From: Candidatus Enterousia sp.
GTDB taxonomy: Bacteria > Pseudomonadota > Alphaproteobacteria > Rs-D84
Length of the DNA stretch: 64,000 nucleotides
Direction: 5' to 3'
Assembly (NCBI GenBank): GCA_045613785.1
Contig: JAZLBQ010000007.1
Coordinates: forward strand, 78,547 to 142,546
Shown: one piece after another, positions 38,870 to 49,132 of the stretch
Position numbering within the stretch: the first letter of the stretch is position 1
Layout: every line of letters begins with the position of its first letter
Notes under the pieces: model-generated
What the model saw: only the letters and a program-made list of their open reading frames with translations
Told to the model about the DNA's origin: nothing
The model's database searches: none
Position numbers and translations under genes: made by a program

Positions 38870-39805
38870 TTATCTGGTATTTCTGCGAATTTTTTCTATA
38901 TCGGCTGCGTTCATTCCCTTGAATACAACCATTTTTTCAACTACATCACGTGGCACGCCAGCATTTAATAGCCTTTCGCCATGCAGCACAGCACGAGTTC
39001 CCACAACCGCCTTCATATCCAATAGGTTTACAGCATTACGAACGCTGTGAACCCAATCCAGCCATTCTTTATTTGCACACAATCTATTTTCCAGATTGAT
39101 ATCATAGTCAGTCCAAATCATCACAAATCTGTCCAGCGTTGCAGCGTCCAGCGGATTGCGACCAATGTATTTGATATTTGCACCTGTTCCGTATGTATTG
39201 CCACTGGCTGCCATTATAAAGCGTGGATGCTTATCAACAATTTTGTCTGGGAAAGCATATTTATCTTGGCTCATTGCGTTGTTGATTACTGTCAAGACAT
39301 TTGGATTACCCGCATCAATTTCTTCGAAACTGAAAATGCCACCGTTTTCATATGCCTTACGAAAGATTGTAGGAACATATTTTCCATTTGCATCATTGTA
39401 TCCGATGATATTATAGTCGCTGGTCAGCGAATTTACAGACAACGGATAAAAAGGCAACTCCATTGCGGTTGCAATTTGCTGTAATATTGTGCTTTTTCCA
39501 CTGCCAGCTGGACCAACCAAAAACGGCGAACAGCCTGCTAAAATCGCACGGTATGTCGTTTCAAAAGATGCGTGTTGTGCATTAAAATCGACATCAGGAT
39601 TTAATCCTAAACTTTTTCGCACTTGTGCATCGTTCACCTGACCCAGCATTTGTCTAGCCACGCCCACGCCGTCCATCAGCTGTTGAATTTCAGTGTTTAT
39701 CTGTTTTTTCTTTTGTTTTGAACGGATTACAAAGTCTAATAAATTGTCCAGTTCCCCACTTTTATACAGCTTGTAAACTTGGGAAAATTCACTAAAGAAA
39801 CCCAT
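38870..39805 (-). CDS. MoxR/CbbQ/CobS-like AAA+ ATPase
   Basis: GPAGSGKST, FEEIDAG, AASGNT, RNPLDAATLDRF. Confidence 0.88.
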   Translation of the reverse strand: MGFFSEFSQVYKLYKSGELDNLLDFVIRSKQKKKQINTEIQQLMDGVGVARQMLGQVNDAQVRKSLGLNPDVDFNAQHASFETTYRAILAGCSPFLVGPAGSGKSTILQQIATAMELPFYPLSVNSLTSDYNIIGYNDANGKYVPTIFRKAYENGGIFSFEEIDAGNPNVLTVINNAMSQDKYAFPDKIVDKHPRFIMAASGNTYGTGANIKYIGRNPLDAATLDRFVMIWTDYDINLENRLCANKEWLDWVHSVRNAVNLLDMKAVVGTRAVLHGERLLNAGVPRDVVEKMVVFKGMNAADIEKIRRNTR

Positions 39806-40028
39806 ATTATAACCTTATTTGTATGTATTTTTTTGCTGATGATAGCACTGTAAAACAAATTGTCAATGTTTGCTGTTTTTGCTTTACATTGTATCAATTT
39901 TTGTTAGGATTATAAATGTGGTATCCATTCCACGATAAAAACTCTCAAAACTTCAACAAAAATTTCACGTGCACAGCACTGTTGCACGACAGGTTGTGTT
40001 CTGAAATACATAACTAAAAAGGCTAAAG

Positions 40029-40577
40029 ATGTCAGAAAATATTTTTTCAGCATTATGCTTTGCAGCAAATGCACACAGTGGTCAATATCGCAAATCTACT
40101 AATATTCCATACCTGGTTCACCCGATTACGGCGATGCGTCATTTGATACGATATGGTGCCAGTTCTGATGCTGTTGCGGCGGCAATTTTGCACGATACTT
40201 TGGAAGATACACCTACTACAGCATCTGATTTACGTTCTGCATTTGGCGACCGCATAACAGAACTGATAATTGGTGCATCTGAACCAGACAAAACCTTGTC
40301 ATGGCAAGAACGCAAAGAGCACACTATCAAACAGTTGTCTCAGGTTAGTGATATTGATCAACTGATGGTGATTTGTGCAGATAAGTTGAGTAATATATCG
40401 GACATTGCTGCTGATTATCAATCCTTGGGAGATGTGGTCTGGGAACGATTTGGTCGTGGTTATGAACATCAAAAATGGTATTATCGCAGTTTGGCGGAAG
40501 TGTTTGCTCGTCACATATCTAAATCCGGCATTTTTAGTGAATTTATCGACATCGTCAACCAGGTATTTGTGGATTAG
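40029..40577 (+). CDS. HD-domain small alarmone hydrolase (Mesh1/SAH-like)
   Basis: AH.GQYRK...PYLVHP, AAILHDTLEDT, ADKLSN. Confidence 0.85.
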   Translation: MSENIFSALCFAANAHSGQYRKSTNIPYLVHPITAMRHLIRYGASSDAVAAAILHDTLEDTPTTASDLRSAFGDRITELIIGASEPDKTLSWQERKEHTIKQLSQVSDIDQLMVICADKLSNISDIAADYQSLGDVVWERFGRGYEHQKWYYRSLAEVFARHISKSGIFSEFIDIVNQVFVD

Positions 40578-40653
40578 TCTGTTCAGCTCTCTTGAACAAA
40601 GGGTGGGCAAGAGAGAAACAAGGCAATATGATTTAAACGAAGACATGTTTGAA

Positions 40654-40670
40654 GACATACGGATTAACAG
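40654..40670 (-). repeat. 17-bp copy of the tRNA-Asn att core
   Basis: GACATACGGATTAACAG, identical to 58707-58723 and 63936-63952. Confidence 0.85.
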
Positions 40671-40842
40671 GTTAAATGGCAAATAAACTGCGCAGAAAAA
40701 GTGGCGGATTTCTGCAGGTTGTAGCGAGTCGTTTTTGTGTAAAAATCACATTGTGATGACAGCGTGTGCTTTTCGGGATAGAACTGATGTCTTGTGTGAT
40801 TTGATTTTCTGAAAGCCAAGCACAGCAAGGCTTACAGCCTAG

Positions 40843-40890
40843 GTACCCCTACCTGTGAAATCAACGATGATATCTATCAGATTTCTATAG
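40843..40890. repeat. Island end motif (GTACCCCTACC plus GAAATC/GATTTCTAT boxes)
   Basis: Matches 58950-58984 at an equivalent position inside island B. Confidence 0.65.
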
Positions 40891-41060
40891 CTGAACCAGT
40901 TGCATAACACAATGAATTTACATAGAAATTTTTATTTCAAAAACGCAATGTATTATTTTTGTCCAAAAATGGATAAAACATGGATTGTAGCCGAAATGTC
41001 AGTATGCTTAACTTGCTTTTATATGAATAATTTAGTAGCCTTTTGTGTAAAGGAACCGGT

Positions 41061-41447
41061 GTGAAAGTAACTGCTGCAATTTTTAGAAATGGCGATAATG
41101 TTCTGCTGATGCGACGGGCGGCTGACCAACCTTTGGCGGGCGAATGGGAATATCCTGGTGGCAAGTTTGAAGATGGCGAAGACGGACCAACATGCCTGCA
41201 CAGGGAACTCTACGAAGAATTGGGAATAGACGCAGAAATTGGCGACCTGATTACCATTGCAAAACATACAACGGATTCGGGTAAGATTATTGAACTTCAT
41301 ACATACGAAATCACATCCTACACAGGCGAAATCCAACTGCGCGTCCACGACGATATGCATTGGGTGCCAGTCCAGGACTTACCCTCCCACCCACAACTCC
41401 TCGCCGACCAAATCGTATCTAAAACACTACAAGCCATGGGGAAGTAA
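41061..41447 (+). CDS. Nudix hydrolase (MutT/NudG-like)
   Basis: WEYPGGKFEDGE....CLHRELYEELG Nudix box. Confidence 0.9.
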   Translation: MKVTAAIFRNGDNVLLMRRAADQPLAGEWEYPGGKFEDGEDGPTCLHRELYEELGIDAEIGDLITIAKHTTDSGKIIELHTYEITSYTGEIQLRVHDDMHWVPVQDLPSHPQLLADQIVSKTLQAMGK

Positions 41448-41514
41448 AACGCGTTTTTTCTGTGGAAAAAATCATACAAACTTTGCTATGATCATCAAAA
41501 CAAGGAAGGTAAAT

Positions 41515-43227
41515 ATGAGTTTAGCATCAAACATAAATGAAAAAGCGAATTTAATTTGGGCAATCGCAGACAAATTAACAGGGCCATTCAAACCTCATGA
41601 ATATGGCGAGGTTATATTACCTTTGATGGTAATCCGTCGCTTTGACTGTATCTTACAAGATACAAAACAGGCGGTTTTGAATGCAAATAAATCAATCCCA
41701 GATGGCCCGATGAAACATGCGCTGCTGTGCGATGCGTCCAAGCATTCGTTTTATAATGTCAGTGATTTTACCTTCCCGCGTTTGATGGATGCCCCGGAAC
41801 ATATCGCAGAAAATTTTGCCGCATATATCGCAGGTTTTTCTGAAAACATTCGTGACATTATTGATAATTTTAAGTTTCAAAATATAATTGAGCGTTTGGT
41901 TGAAAACGACCTGTTGTATATCATCATAGAAGAGTTTTGCTCGCCCAAGGCCGATTTGCACCCATCAAAAATCAGTAATTTGGAAATGGGATACATTTTT
42001 GAAGAGGTTATACGTCGTTTTTCGGAATCACATAACGAAGACGCTGGGCAACATTATACCCCACGTGAAGTTATTGAATTGATGGTAAATATTTTGTTTG
42101 AAAACGATGATGAGTTTTTAACGGGTAATGTTGCAAAAACCTTGTATGACCCGACGGTGGGAACAGGCGGTATGTTATCCGAGGCGCAAGAATATCTGCA
42201 ATCAATGAATCCTGATGCAAAATTGGTATGTTATGGCCAGGAAATAAACCCACAAACATATGCGATTTGCAAGGGGGATATGCTGATCAAGGGCAATGAT
42301 GCAGACAATATCAGACGCGGAAATACATTGTCCGATGATAAGTTTGAAGGCGACAAATTTGATTATATTTTATCAAATCCGCCGTTCGGTCGTGAATGGA
42401 AAAAAGAAAAAGATGATGTTGAAAAAGAAGCAAAATTGGGGCATGCCGGTCGTTTTGGGGCCGGATTACCACCGATCAGCGACAGTCAAATGTTGTTCCT
42501 GCAAGTATGTGCCGCAAAATTACGTGACCAAGGTGGACGTGCGTGCGTTGTTCAAAACGGCTCGCCGTTGTTCAGTGGTGATGCCGGCAGCGGTTCATCA
42601 GAAATCCGTCGCTATTTGCTGGAACATGATTGGGTAGAAGCGATTATCGCATTACCAAATGATTTGTTTTATAACACGCCAATTGCGACATATATCTGGG
42701 TTTTATCAAACCGCAAGGCATCATACCGACAGCACAAGGTGCAGCTAATTGATGCCAGCCAAATGTATGAAAAACGTCGCAAAGCATTGGGAAATAAACG
42801 CAACGATATCCCACAATCTGCCATTGATGAAATAACGCGTATTTACGGTGAATTCAAAGAAACAGAAATCAGCAAGATATTCAATACAGATGAATTCGGA
42901 TATCGCAAGATTGTTGTTGAACGTCCATTGCGTGATGAAAACGGTGATGTTGTTTTGAAGAAAGGTAAACCGGTTGCCGACCCAAAGTTACGCGACACAG
43001 AAAACATCCCATTGACCGAAGATATTCAGACGTATTTTGAGCGCGAGGTTTTGCCATTTGCACCCGATGCATGGATTGATGAATCCAAGACAAAAATCGG
43101 ATACGAAATACCATTTACGCGCTATTTCTATAAATACACCCCGCCACGCAAATCAGAAGACATCATGGCGGAAATAATGACATTGGAATCTGAATTGGAT
43201 GCACTGTTGAAAGGGGTGTCCAAATGA
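41515..43227 (+). CDS. hsdM: Type I RM methyltransferase subunit
   Basis: GQHYTPREV, YDPTVGTGGML, SNPPFG, FYNT.I.TYIW; ATG 41515. Confidence 0.95.
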   Translation: MSLASNINEKANLIWAIADKLTGPFKPHEYGEVILPLMVIRRFDCILQDTKQAVLNANKSIPDGPMKHALLCDASKHSFYNVSDFTFPRLMDAPEHIAENFAAYIAGFSENIRDIIDNFKFQNIIERLVENDLLYIIIEEFCSPKADLHPSKISNLEMGYIFEEVIRRFSESHNEDAGQHYTPREVIELMVNILFENDDEFLTGNVAKTLYDPTVGTGGMLSEAQEYLQSMNPDAKLVCYGQEINPQTYAICKGDMLIKGNDADNIRRGNTLSDDKFEGDKFDYILSNPPFGREWKKEKDDVEKEAKLGHAGRFGAGLPPISDSQMLFLQVCAAKLRDQGGRACVVQNGSPLFSGDAGSGSSEIRRYLLEHDWVEAIIALPNDLFYNTPIATYIWVLSNRKASYRQHKVQLIDASQMYEKRRKALGNKRNDIPQSAIDEITRIYGEFKETEISKIFNTDEFGYRKIVVERPLRDENGDVVLKKGKPVADPKLRDTENIPLTEDIQTYFEREVLPFAPDAWIDESKTKIGYEIPFTRYFYKYTPPRKSEDIMAEIMTLESELDALLKGVSK

Positions 43228-44486
43228 GAGAAATGAAAGACAGCGGTATTGAATGGATTGGGGATATTCCTGCGAATAAGAATATAGTTAGGAACAAGTA
43301 TTATGTATCTTATACAAAGGGGAAAAATCCGATATCTCTTAATTCAGAAGGATTCGGCAAACCATATATCGGGGCATCTGATTTAGATACGTTAAATAAC
43401 ACTTATGAAAATTATACTACCGACGAGTATATTCCAGAATGCACGAAAGATGACATTCTTGTTTTGTGGGATGGTGCTAGAGCGGGATTGTTAGGAACTA
43501 ATAAAATAGGTTGTATTTCATCAACCATTGTAAAGCTTGAAGTTATTCCTGAAGTAATCTATACACATTTCTTTTTCTGGTACTTGAAGGGATTTGAGAA
43601 ATTTTTATCCGATATGGTTACAGGAACAACGATTCCTCATATGAATAGAAGATATATAGAGGATATACAATTTATAGACTTTTCATTACACCAACAACAA
43701 GCCATTGCGGATTATTTGGATGGGGAATGTGCACGAATTGATGGCATTGTTACAACCCAGCGCCAGATAATTGAACGCCTGAAGGAATACAAAAAGTCAG
43801 TTATTACCGAGACGGTTACACGTGGTCTGAACCCCGATGCGCCAATGAAAGACAGCGGCATTGAATGGATAGGCAAAATACCGGAACATTGGGAAGTAAA
43901 AAAAATAAAGTATTTATTTCAACTTAGGGATGAACGAAATTATCTTCCATTAGAACAAGTCAATTTGATTTCTTTATACACAGACAAAGGTGTTTTACAA
44001 CATGCTGACATAGAAGAAACCACAGGGAATAAGGCACAAAATGCAGATGGATACAAACTCGTTTATGAAGGAGATATTATCGTAAATATTATTTTATGTT
44101 GGATGGGTGCTATAGGGTTTTCTGCTTACAATGGCGTTACTAGTCCTGCTTATGATATTTATAAACCTTTACCAAAAACTAATAGTAAATATTATCACTA
44201 TTTGTTTAGAACATCGTTGTTTTCCGGAGAGTGTTACAAAGTTGGTAGAGGAATAATGTTGATGAGATGGAGAACATATTCAGACCAATTCAAATCAATT
44301 TATGTTTCTGTTCCGCCAATAGAAGAACAACAAGAGATAGCAGATTATCTTGACCGTAAATGTAGTGAAATCGATAGCATTATTGAAAAGCGTGAGCGGA
44401 TGATAGAACTGATGACGGAATATAAAAAATCACTGATATACGAATGTGTTACCGGCAAAAAGGAAATAGTTGATGTCGTGGAATGA
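43224..44486 (+). CDS. hsdS: Type I RM specificity subunit
   Basis: Two MKDSGIEWIG.IP conserved repeats, two TRDs, EQQ.IADYLD. Confidence 0.95.
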   Translation: MREMKDSGIEWIGDIPANKNIVRNKYYVSYTKGKNPISLNSEGFGKPYIGASDLDTLNNTYENYTTDEYIPECTKDDILVLWDGARAGLLGTNKIGCISSTIVKLEVIPEVIYTHFFFWYLKGFEKFLSDMVTGTTIPHMNRRYIEDIQFIDFSLHQQQAIADYLDGECARIDGIVTTQRQIIERLKEYKKSVITETVTRGLNPDAPMKDSGIEWIGKIPEHWEVKKIKYLFQLRDERNYLPLEQVNLISLYTDKGVLQHADIEETTGNKAQNADGYKLVYEGDIIVNIILCWMGAIGFSAYNGVTSPAYDIYKPLPKTNSKYYHYLFRTSLFSGECYKVGRGIMLMRWRTYSDQFKSIYVSVPPIEEQQEIADYLDRKCSEIDSIIEKRERMIELMTEYKKSLIYECVTGKKEIVDVVE

Positions 44487-44904
44487 TTTCTTTTCTTCAC
44501 AGTTGTTTGGGGTTATTATTGGGGCGCTGATGACCGGTGGTTTTACGTGGCTATTGGATTGCCTGCGATACAAACGCGAACGCAAGGCACATATTCAACA
44601 AAAACGCGAAGAATTATATATTCAAGTATGTCATGTGTTGATGGAACATGATAAATACTGTCGCGACCACGAATGGCCTAAACAGTGCAAAGAAATGTTC
44701 AATGAATTACAGGGCAAAATGCTGATATATGCATCCAAAAAGATTTACAAACAATATTATACATTAGATACTGAAATTTGTTCTGTTTATGCTAAAATGA
44801 AATCCAAGAAACAACGTGAAGAAATGTCAAACCAAATCGCAGACAAGGTAGAGGCATTTGCATCAGAAATGCGTAAAGAACTTGGTATAAAAGGAGTGTT
44901 ATAA
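44473..44904 (+). CDS. Small single-TM helical protein inserted between hsdS and hsdR
   Basis: Overlaps both neighbours; N-terminal TM helix. Confidence 0.7.
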   Translation: MSWNDFFSSQLFGVIIGALMTGGFTWLLDCLRYKRERKAHIQQKREELYIQVCHVLMEHDKYCRDHEWPKQCKEMFNELQGKMLIYASKKIYKQYYTLDTEICSVYAKMKSKKQREEMSNQIADKVEAFASEMRKELGIKGVL

Positions 44905-47900
44905 TGGCCGGCGATAACCTGAGAGAAATCAATTTAGAAGCAGCAATAGAAGAATCTTTGCTTACAGAGGGCGGTTATGAACGTGGTGACGCCAAGGTGT
45001 TTAATGCTGTAAATGCGCTGGATGAGCAAACTTTGCTAAAATTTATACAGACCAGCCAACCAAAAGCCTGGAAAAAATATACTTTGATATATCCTGCTAA
45101 CCCAGATCAATGTTTTATTGATCGTGTATGCAAGGTTATTCGTGAACGTGGCCTTCTGGACGTGTTGCGCAAGGGGTTCAAGGATCGCGGTATTGAGTTT
45201 AAATTGATGTTTAAGCGCCCAACCAATACATTAAATCCGGATTTGATAACACAATATAACCAAAATATCTTACAGTGTATGCGCCAGGTTCATCATTCTG
45301 TTTCGCGACCAAATGACAGTGTGGATATTATGTTGTTGCTGAACGGGATACCGGTTGTTTCAATGGAACTGAAAAACCAATTTACAGGCCAAGATGTAAC
45401 CAATGCGATTGATCAATACAAGTTTGATAGATCTGGTGCAGACGCCGCATTTGAATTCAAGCGTCGTGTTTTGGTGCATTTTGCGGTTGATTTATACAAT
45501 GTGTTTATGACAACAAAATTAAATGGTGCAAAAACATTCTTTTTGCCGTTTAATCAGGGATCAAATGGCGCAGGCAATGTTGGTGGACGGGGAAATCCAG
45601 CCAATCTGAATGGATTTACAACAGATTATTTATGGAAAAACATTCTGCAGCGCGATCGATTGTTGGAAATTATTGAAAAATACATTCATCTGGAAGTAAT
45701 ACGTGATAAGAAAACAAAGAAAGTTACCAAGGAAACAATGATATTTCCACGTTATCACCAATTGGATGTTGTGACAAAACTGATAGAAGATGTCCAAAAG
45801 AACGGTTCAGGTCACAGTTATTTGATTCAGCACTCTGCAGGTTCTGGAAAATCTAACTCTATTGCATGGTTAACGCATCGGTTATCCAGTTTGGCGGATG
45901 CAGAATCCAATCGTATATTTAATTCTGTAATTGTTTTGACGGATAGACGTGTCTTGGATGGCCAATTACGCGATACAATCAGTCAGTTTGACCATGTTGA
46001 AGGTACTTTGGAAGCTATTACAGAAGGTTCTGCACAGTTAAAAGAAGCGATTAACGACGGAAAACACATAATTATATCTACGTTGCAAAAGTTTCCGTAC
46101 ATTTACAATGAATTACAAAAGACAGATAAAAAGTTTGCTGTCATAATTGACGAAGCACACTCGTCCCAATCAGGCAAGGCCGCATCAACTGTTATTGCAG
46201 GTTTGGGGGATACAGAAGCGGCACTGGCAGAACAGGCGGCTATTGAAGCACAAGCAGAAGGTGATGTTACTGACGGGTACGATGAACTGGATAAAGTATT
46301 AGCAGGCCAAGGTCAGCACGATAACTTGTCTTTCTTTGCTTTTACCGCTACGCCAAAGGCAAAAACACTGAATAGATTTGGAACCAAACAGGCGGATGGC
46401 AAATATGTGCCTTTCCATGTTTATTCAATGCGTCAGGCGATTGAAGAAGGCTTTATTTTGGATGTTTTGCGCAATTATACGACATATAGCACATATTATA
46501 AGCTAATGAAAAATATACCTGACGATCCACAGCTTGAAACGTCTAAAGGGGCAAAGGCGGTACGTAGATTCCAAACCTTACATCCTCATAATATAGCCCA
46601 GAAAACCCAGATAATGATCGAGCATTTTCGCGATGTGACAAAGAATAAGATCGATGGACGCGCAAAAGCTATGGTTGTTTCTTCGTCTCGGCTGCAGGCA
46701 TTAAAATACTATCAAGCATTTAAAAAGTATATTGCCGAACATGGATACACGGATGTAGATGTCTTGATTGCTTTTTCTGGTGAATTAACAGTAGATGGGC
46801 AAAAATATACAGAAGAAGGTTTGAATATTGCAAAAGATGGCAAAACGCGTATCAAAGAAAAACAGCTTCCTGAATATTTTAAGCAAGACTTTAATGTATT
46901 GATTGTTGCAGACAAATATCAAACAGGATTTGATGAACCGTTATTGCATACAATGTTTGTTGATAAAAAACTGAACGACGTAAAGGCAGTGCAAACATTA
47001 TCTCGTTTAAATCGTACAACCGCAGGCAAAACAGATACTTTTGTGCTAGACTTTGTTAATACGGCGGAAGACATTCAAAAATCATTCCAGCAATATTATC
47101 AGGCAACATTTCTCACTGAAGAAGTTGATCCAAATGAATTGTATAAATTACAGGCTGTGTTGGATGGAAAAGCGGTTTATACGCCACAAGAAGTCGAAAA
47201 TTTTGCTTCTATATTCTTTGCGGACAAGCAAAGCAAAACAGACCTTGGTAAATTATCAAGCATTCTAAAGCCGGCACAAGACAGGTTCATTGCGCTGGAT
47301 CAACAGCAAAAGGATGAGTTCAGAAGTGTTTTGAATAATTTTATCCGCATGTACAGCTTTGTCGCCCAAATTGTACGTTTGTTTGATCGTGATTTGCAGA
47401 AGTTCTATGTGTTTGCGTCGTTCTTGATAAAAGTACTAAGAAATGAAAAAACGGAAAATCCAAAATTGGACGACAAACTAGTGCTAGAATATTATAAACT
47501 GGTAAAAACACACGAAGGGGATATTGCCTTAAAACAGGAAGATGGCGGAACCGTACCGCCAAAGGGTGGAACGGCAACTACCAAGAAAGAGAAGGCGCCA
47601 TTATCAGCGATTATTGATAAGTTTAATGAACGTTTTGGAACTGATTTTTCTGGTGTTGATAAGGTGCTGGAACAAGTTATGGACGTTCTTAGCAAGGACG
47701 CAATGCTATCAGAAGCAGCAAAAACAGATAACAGAACATTGTTTGACGGTTTGATGCCAGAACGCTTTAATAAAGCAATGATTGACAGATATAATCAAAA
47801 CGACCGTTTCTTCAAGGAAATCTTCTCGGATGAAGAGAAATTAGAGTTCCTGAAGCATTTATTGTTTGAAGAAGCCTATCGTTCTATGTCCGCCAAAAAG

Positions 47901-47909
47901 AAAAAATAG
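44904..47909 (+). CDS. hsdR: Type I RM restriction subunit
   Basis: NGIP...ELKN, PRYHQ, HSAGSGKS, DEAHSSQ, FTATP, KYQTGFD, QTLSRLNR. Confidence 0.96.
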   Translation: MAGDNLREINLEAAIEESLLTEGGYERGDAKVFNAVNALDEQTLLKFIQTSQPKAWKKYTLIYPANPDQCFIDRVCKVIRERGLLDVLRKGFKDRGIEFKLMFKRPTNTLNPDLITQYNQNILQCMRQVHHSVSRPNDSVDIMLLLNGIPVVSMELKNQFTGQDVTNAIDQYKFDRSGADAAFEFKRRVLVHFAVDLYNVFMTTKLNGAKTFFLPFNQGSNGAGNVGGRGNPANLNGFTTDYLWKNILQRDRLLEIIEKYIHLEVIRDKKTKKVTKETMIFPRYHQLDVVTKLIEDVQKNGSGHSYLIQHSAGSGKSNSIAWLTHRLSSLADAESNRIFNSVIVLTDRRVLDGQLRDTISQFDHVEGTLEAITEGSAQLKEAINDGKHIIISTLQKFPYIYNELQKTDKKFAVIIDEAHSSQSGKAASTVIAGLGDTEAALAEQAAIEAQAEGDVTDGYDELDKVLAGQGQHDNLSFFAFTATPKAKTLNRFGTKQADGKYVPFHVYSMRQAIEEGFILDVLRNYTTYSTYYKLMKNIPDDPQLETSKGAKAVRRFQTLHPHNIAQKTQIMIEHFRDVTKNKIDGRAKAMVVSSSRLQALKYYQAFKKYIAEHGYTDVDVLIAFSGELTVDGQKYTEEGLNIAKDGKTRIKEKQLPEYFKQDFNVLIVADKYQTGFDEPLLHTMFVDKKLNDVKAVQTLSRLNRTTAGKTDTFVLDFVNTAEDIQKSFQQYYQATFLTEEVDPNELYKLQAVLDGKAVYTPQEVENFASIFFADKQSKTDLGKLSSILKPAQDRFIALDQQQKDEFRSVLNNFIRMYSFVAQIVRLFDRDLQKFYVFASFLIKVLRNEKTENPKLDDKLVLEYYKLVKTHEGDIALKQEDGGTVPPKGGTATTKKEKAPLSAIIDKFNERFGTDFSGVDKVLEQVMDVLSKDAMLSEAAKTDNRTLFDGLMPERFNKAMIDRYNQNDRFFKEIFSDEEKLEFLKHLLFEEAYRSMSAKKKK

Positions 47910-47926
47910 AATAAAAGGATGTTCTT

Positions 47927-49128
47927 ATGCCTGAAATAAGTGTCCAAATTGTGGGAAAACATTTACGGTTGATGAATCTGGCTATGCTGCCATTGTAGCC
48001 CAGGTTAGAGATGGAGAATTTCATAAGTCTATTGACGAGCGCCTAAAACAGTTCGAAAAAGAAAAAGCAAACGAGTTAAAACTTGCTGAAACCACCGCGA
48101 AAATGGAAAAAGAACAATCCGAGGCACAATTAAAGCAACAGATTGAACAGCTGAAGGCCAAGCTGGATTCTAATGAAAAGGATATTGCTATTGCGGTAAA
48201 TAAAGCGATGCAGCAGTCAAGTGAAGTGTTGGCTGAAAAAGATAAAAAAATAATGGAGTTGCAAAACAGTCTATATAATTCTGAAAAAGATAAACTGTTA
48301 ACAGAAGAATCCTTGAAGAATCAATTCGCTGCTACAATTAAGGAAAAAGATGCGGAAATCGCATTCTATAAAGACATGAAAACAAAAATGTCTACCAAAA
48401 TGGTCGGTGAAAGCTTAGAACAGCATTGCGATGTTGAATTCAACAGATTGCGCCAAACTGCATTCCCAAATGCATATTTTGAAAAAGATAATGATGCGAA
48501 AACTGGCAGCAAGGGTGACTTTATTTTTAGAGACTATGTTGATGGGACTGAATATATATTCATTATGTTTGAAATGAAAAACGAAATGGATACGACAGCC
48601 ACAAAACATAAAAACGAAGACTTTTTCAAAGAATTGGATAAAGATCGTCGGGAAAAAGGCTGTGAATACGCAGTATTGGTATCCTTGCTAGAAGCGGATA
48701 ACGAATTGTATAATGGTGGTATTGTCGATGTGTCGCACAAATACGACAAAATGTATGTTGTGCGTCCACAATGCTTTATACCAATTATAACACTGTTACG
48801 TAATGCCGCATTAAATTCTGTTCAATATAAACGTCAGATTGCAGAGTATAAACAGACGAACATCGATGTATCAAACTTCGAAAAAGAAATGAACGAATTT
48901 AAAGAAAAATTCGGAAGGAATTATGCGCTGGCGAGTGATAAGTTCAAAAAGGCGATTGATGAAATTGATAAAACAATCGACCATCTGCAAAAAACAAAAG
49001 AGGCACTGCTAGGGTCTGAAAACAATCTGCGTTTGGCAAATGATAAAGCCCAGGACTTATCAATCAAACGCCTGACAAAAAACAACCCGACAATGACCAA
49101 AGCGTTTGAAGATTTGAAAGAGGAGTAA
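47927..49128 (+). pseudogene. DUF2130 family (copy 2) with a 1-nt deletion at codon 5
   Basis: ATG CCT GAA ATA AG TGT CCA AAT: adding one base restores MPEIKCPNCG in frame with ORF 48103-49128. Confidence 0.8.
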
Positions 49129-49132
49129 AATT

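Noticed and set aside
43224-44486. Phase-variable hsdS shufflon
   Set aside because: Single hsdS; its internal repeats are the normal conserved regions; no silent TRDs or invertase
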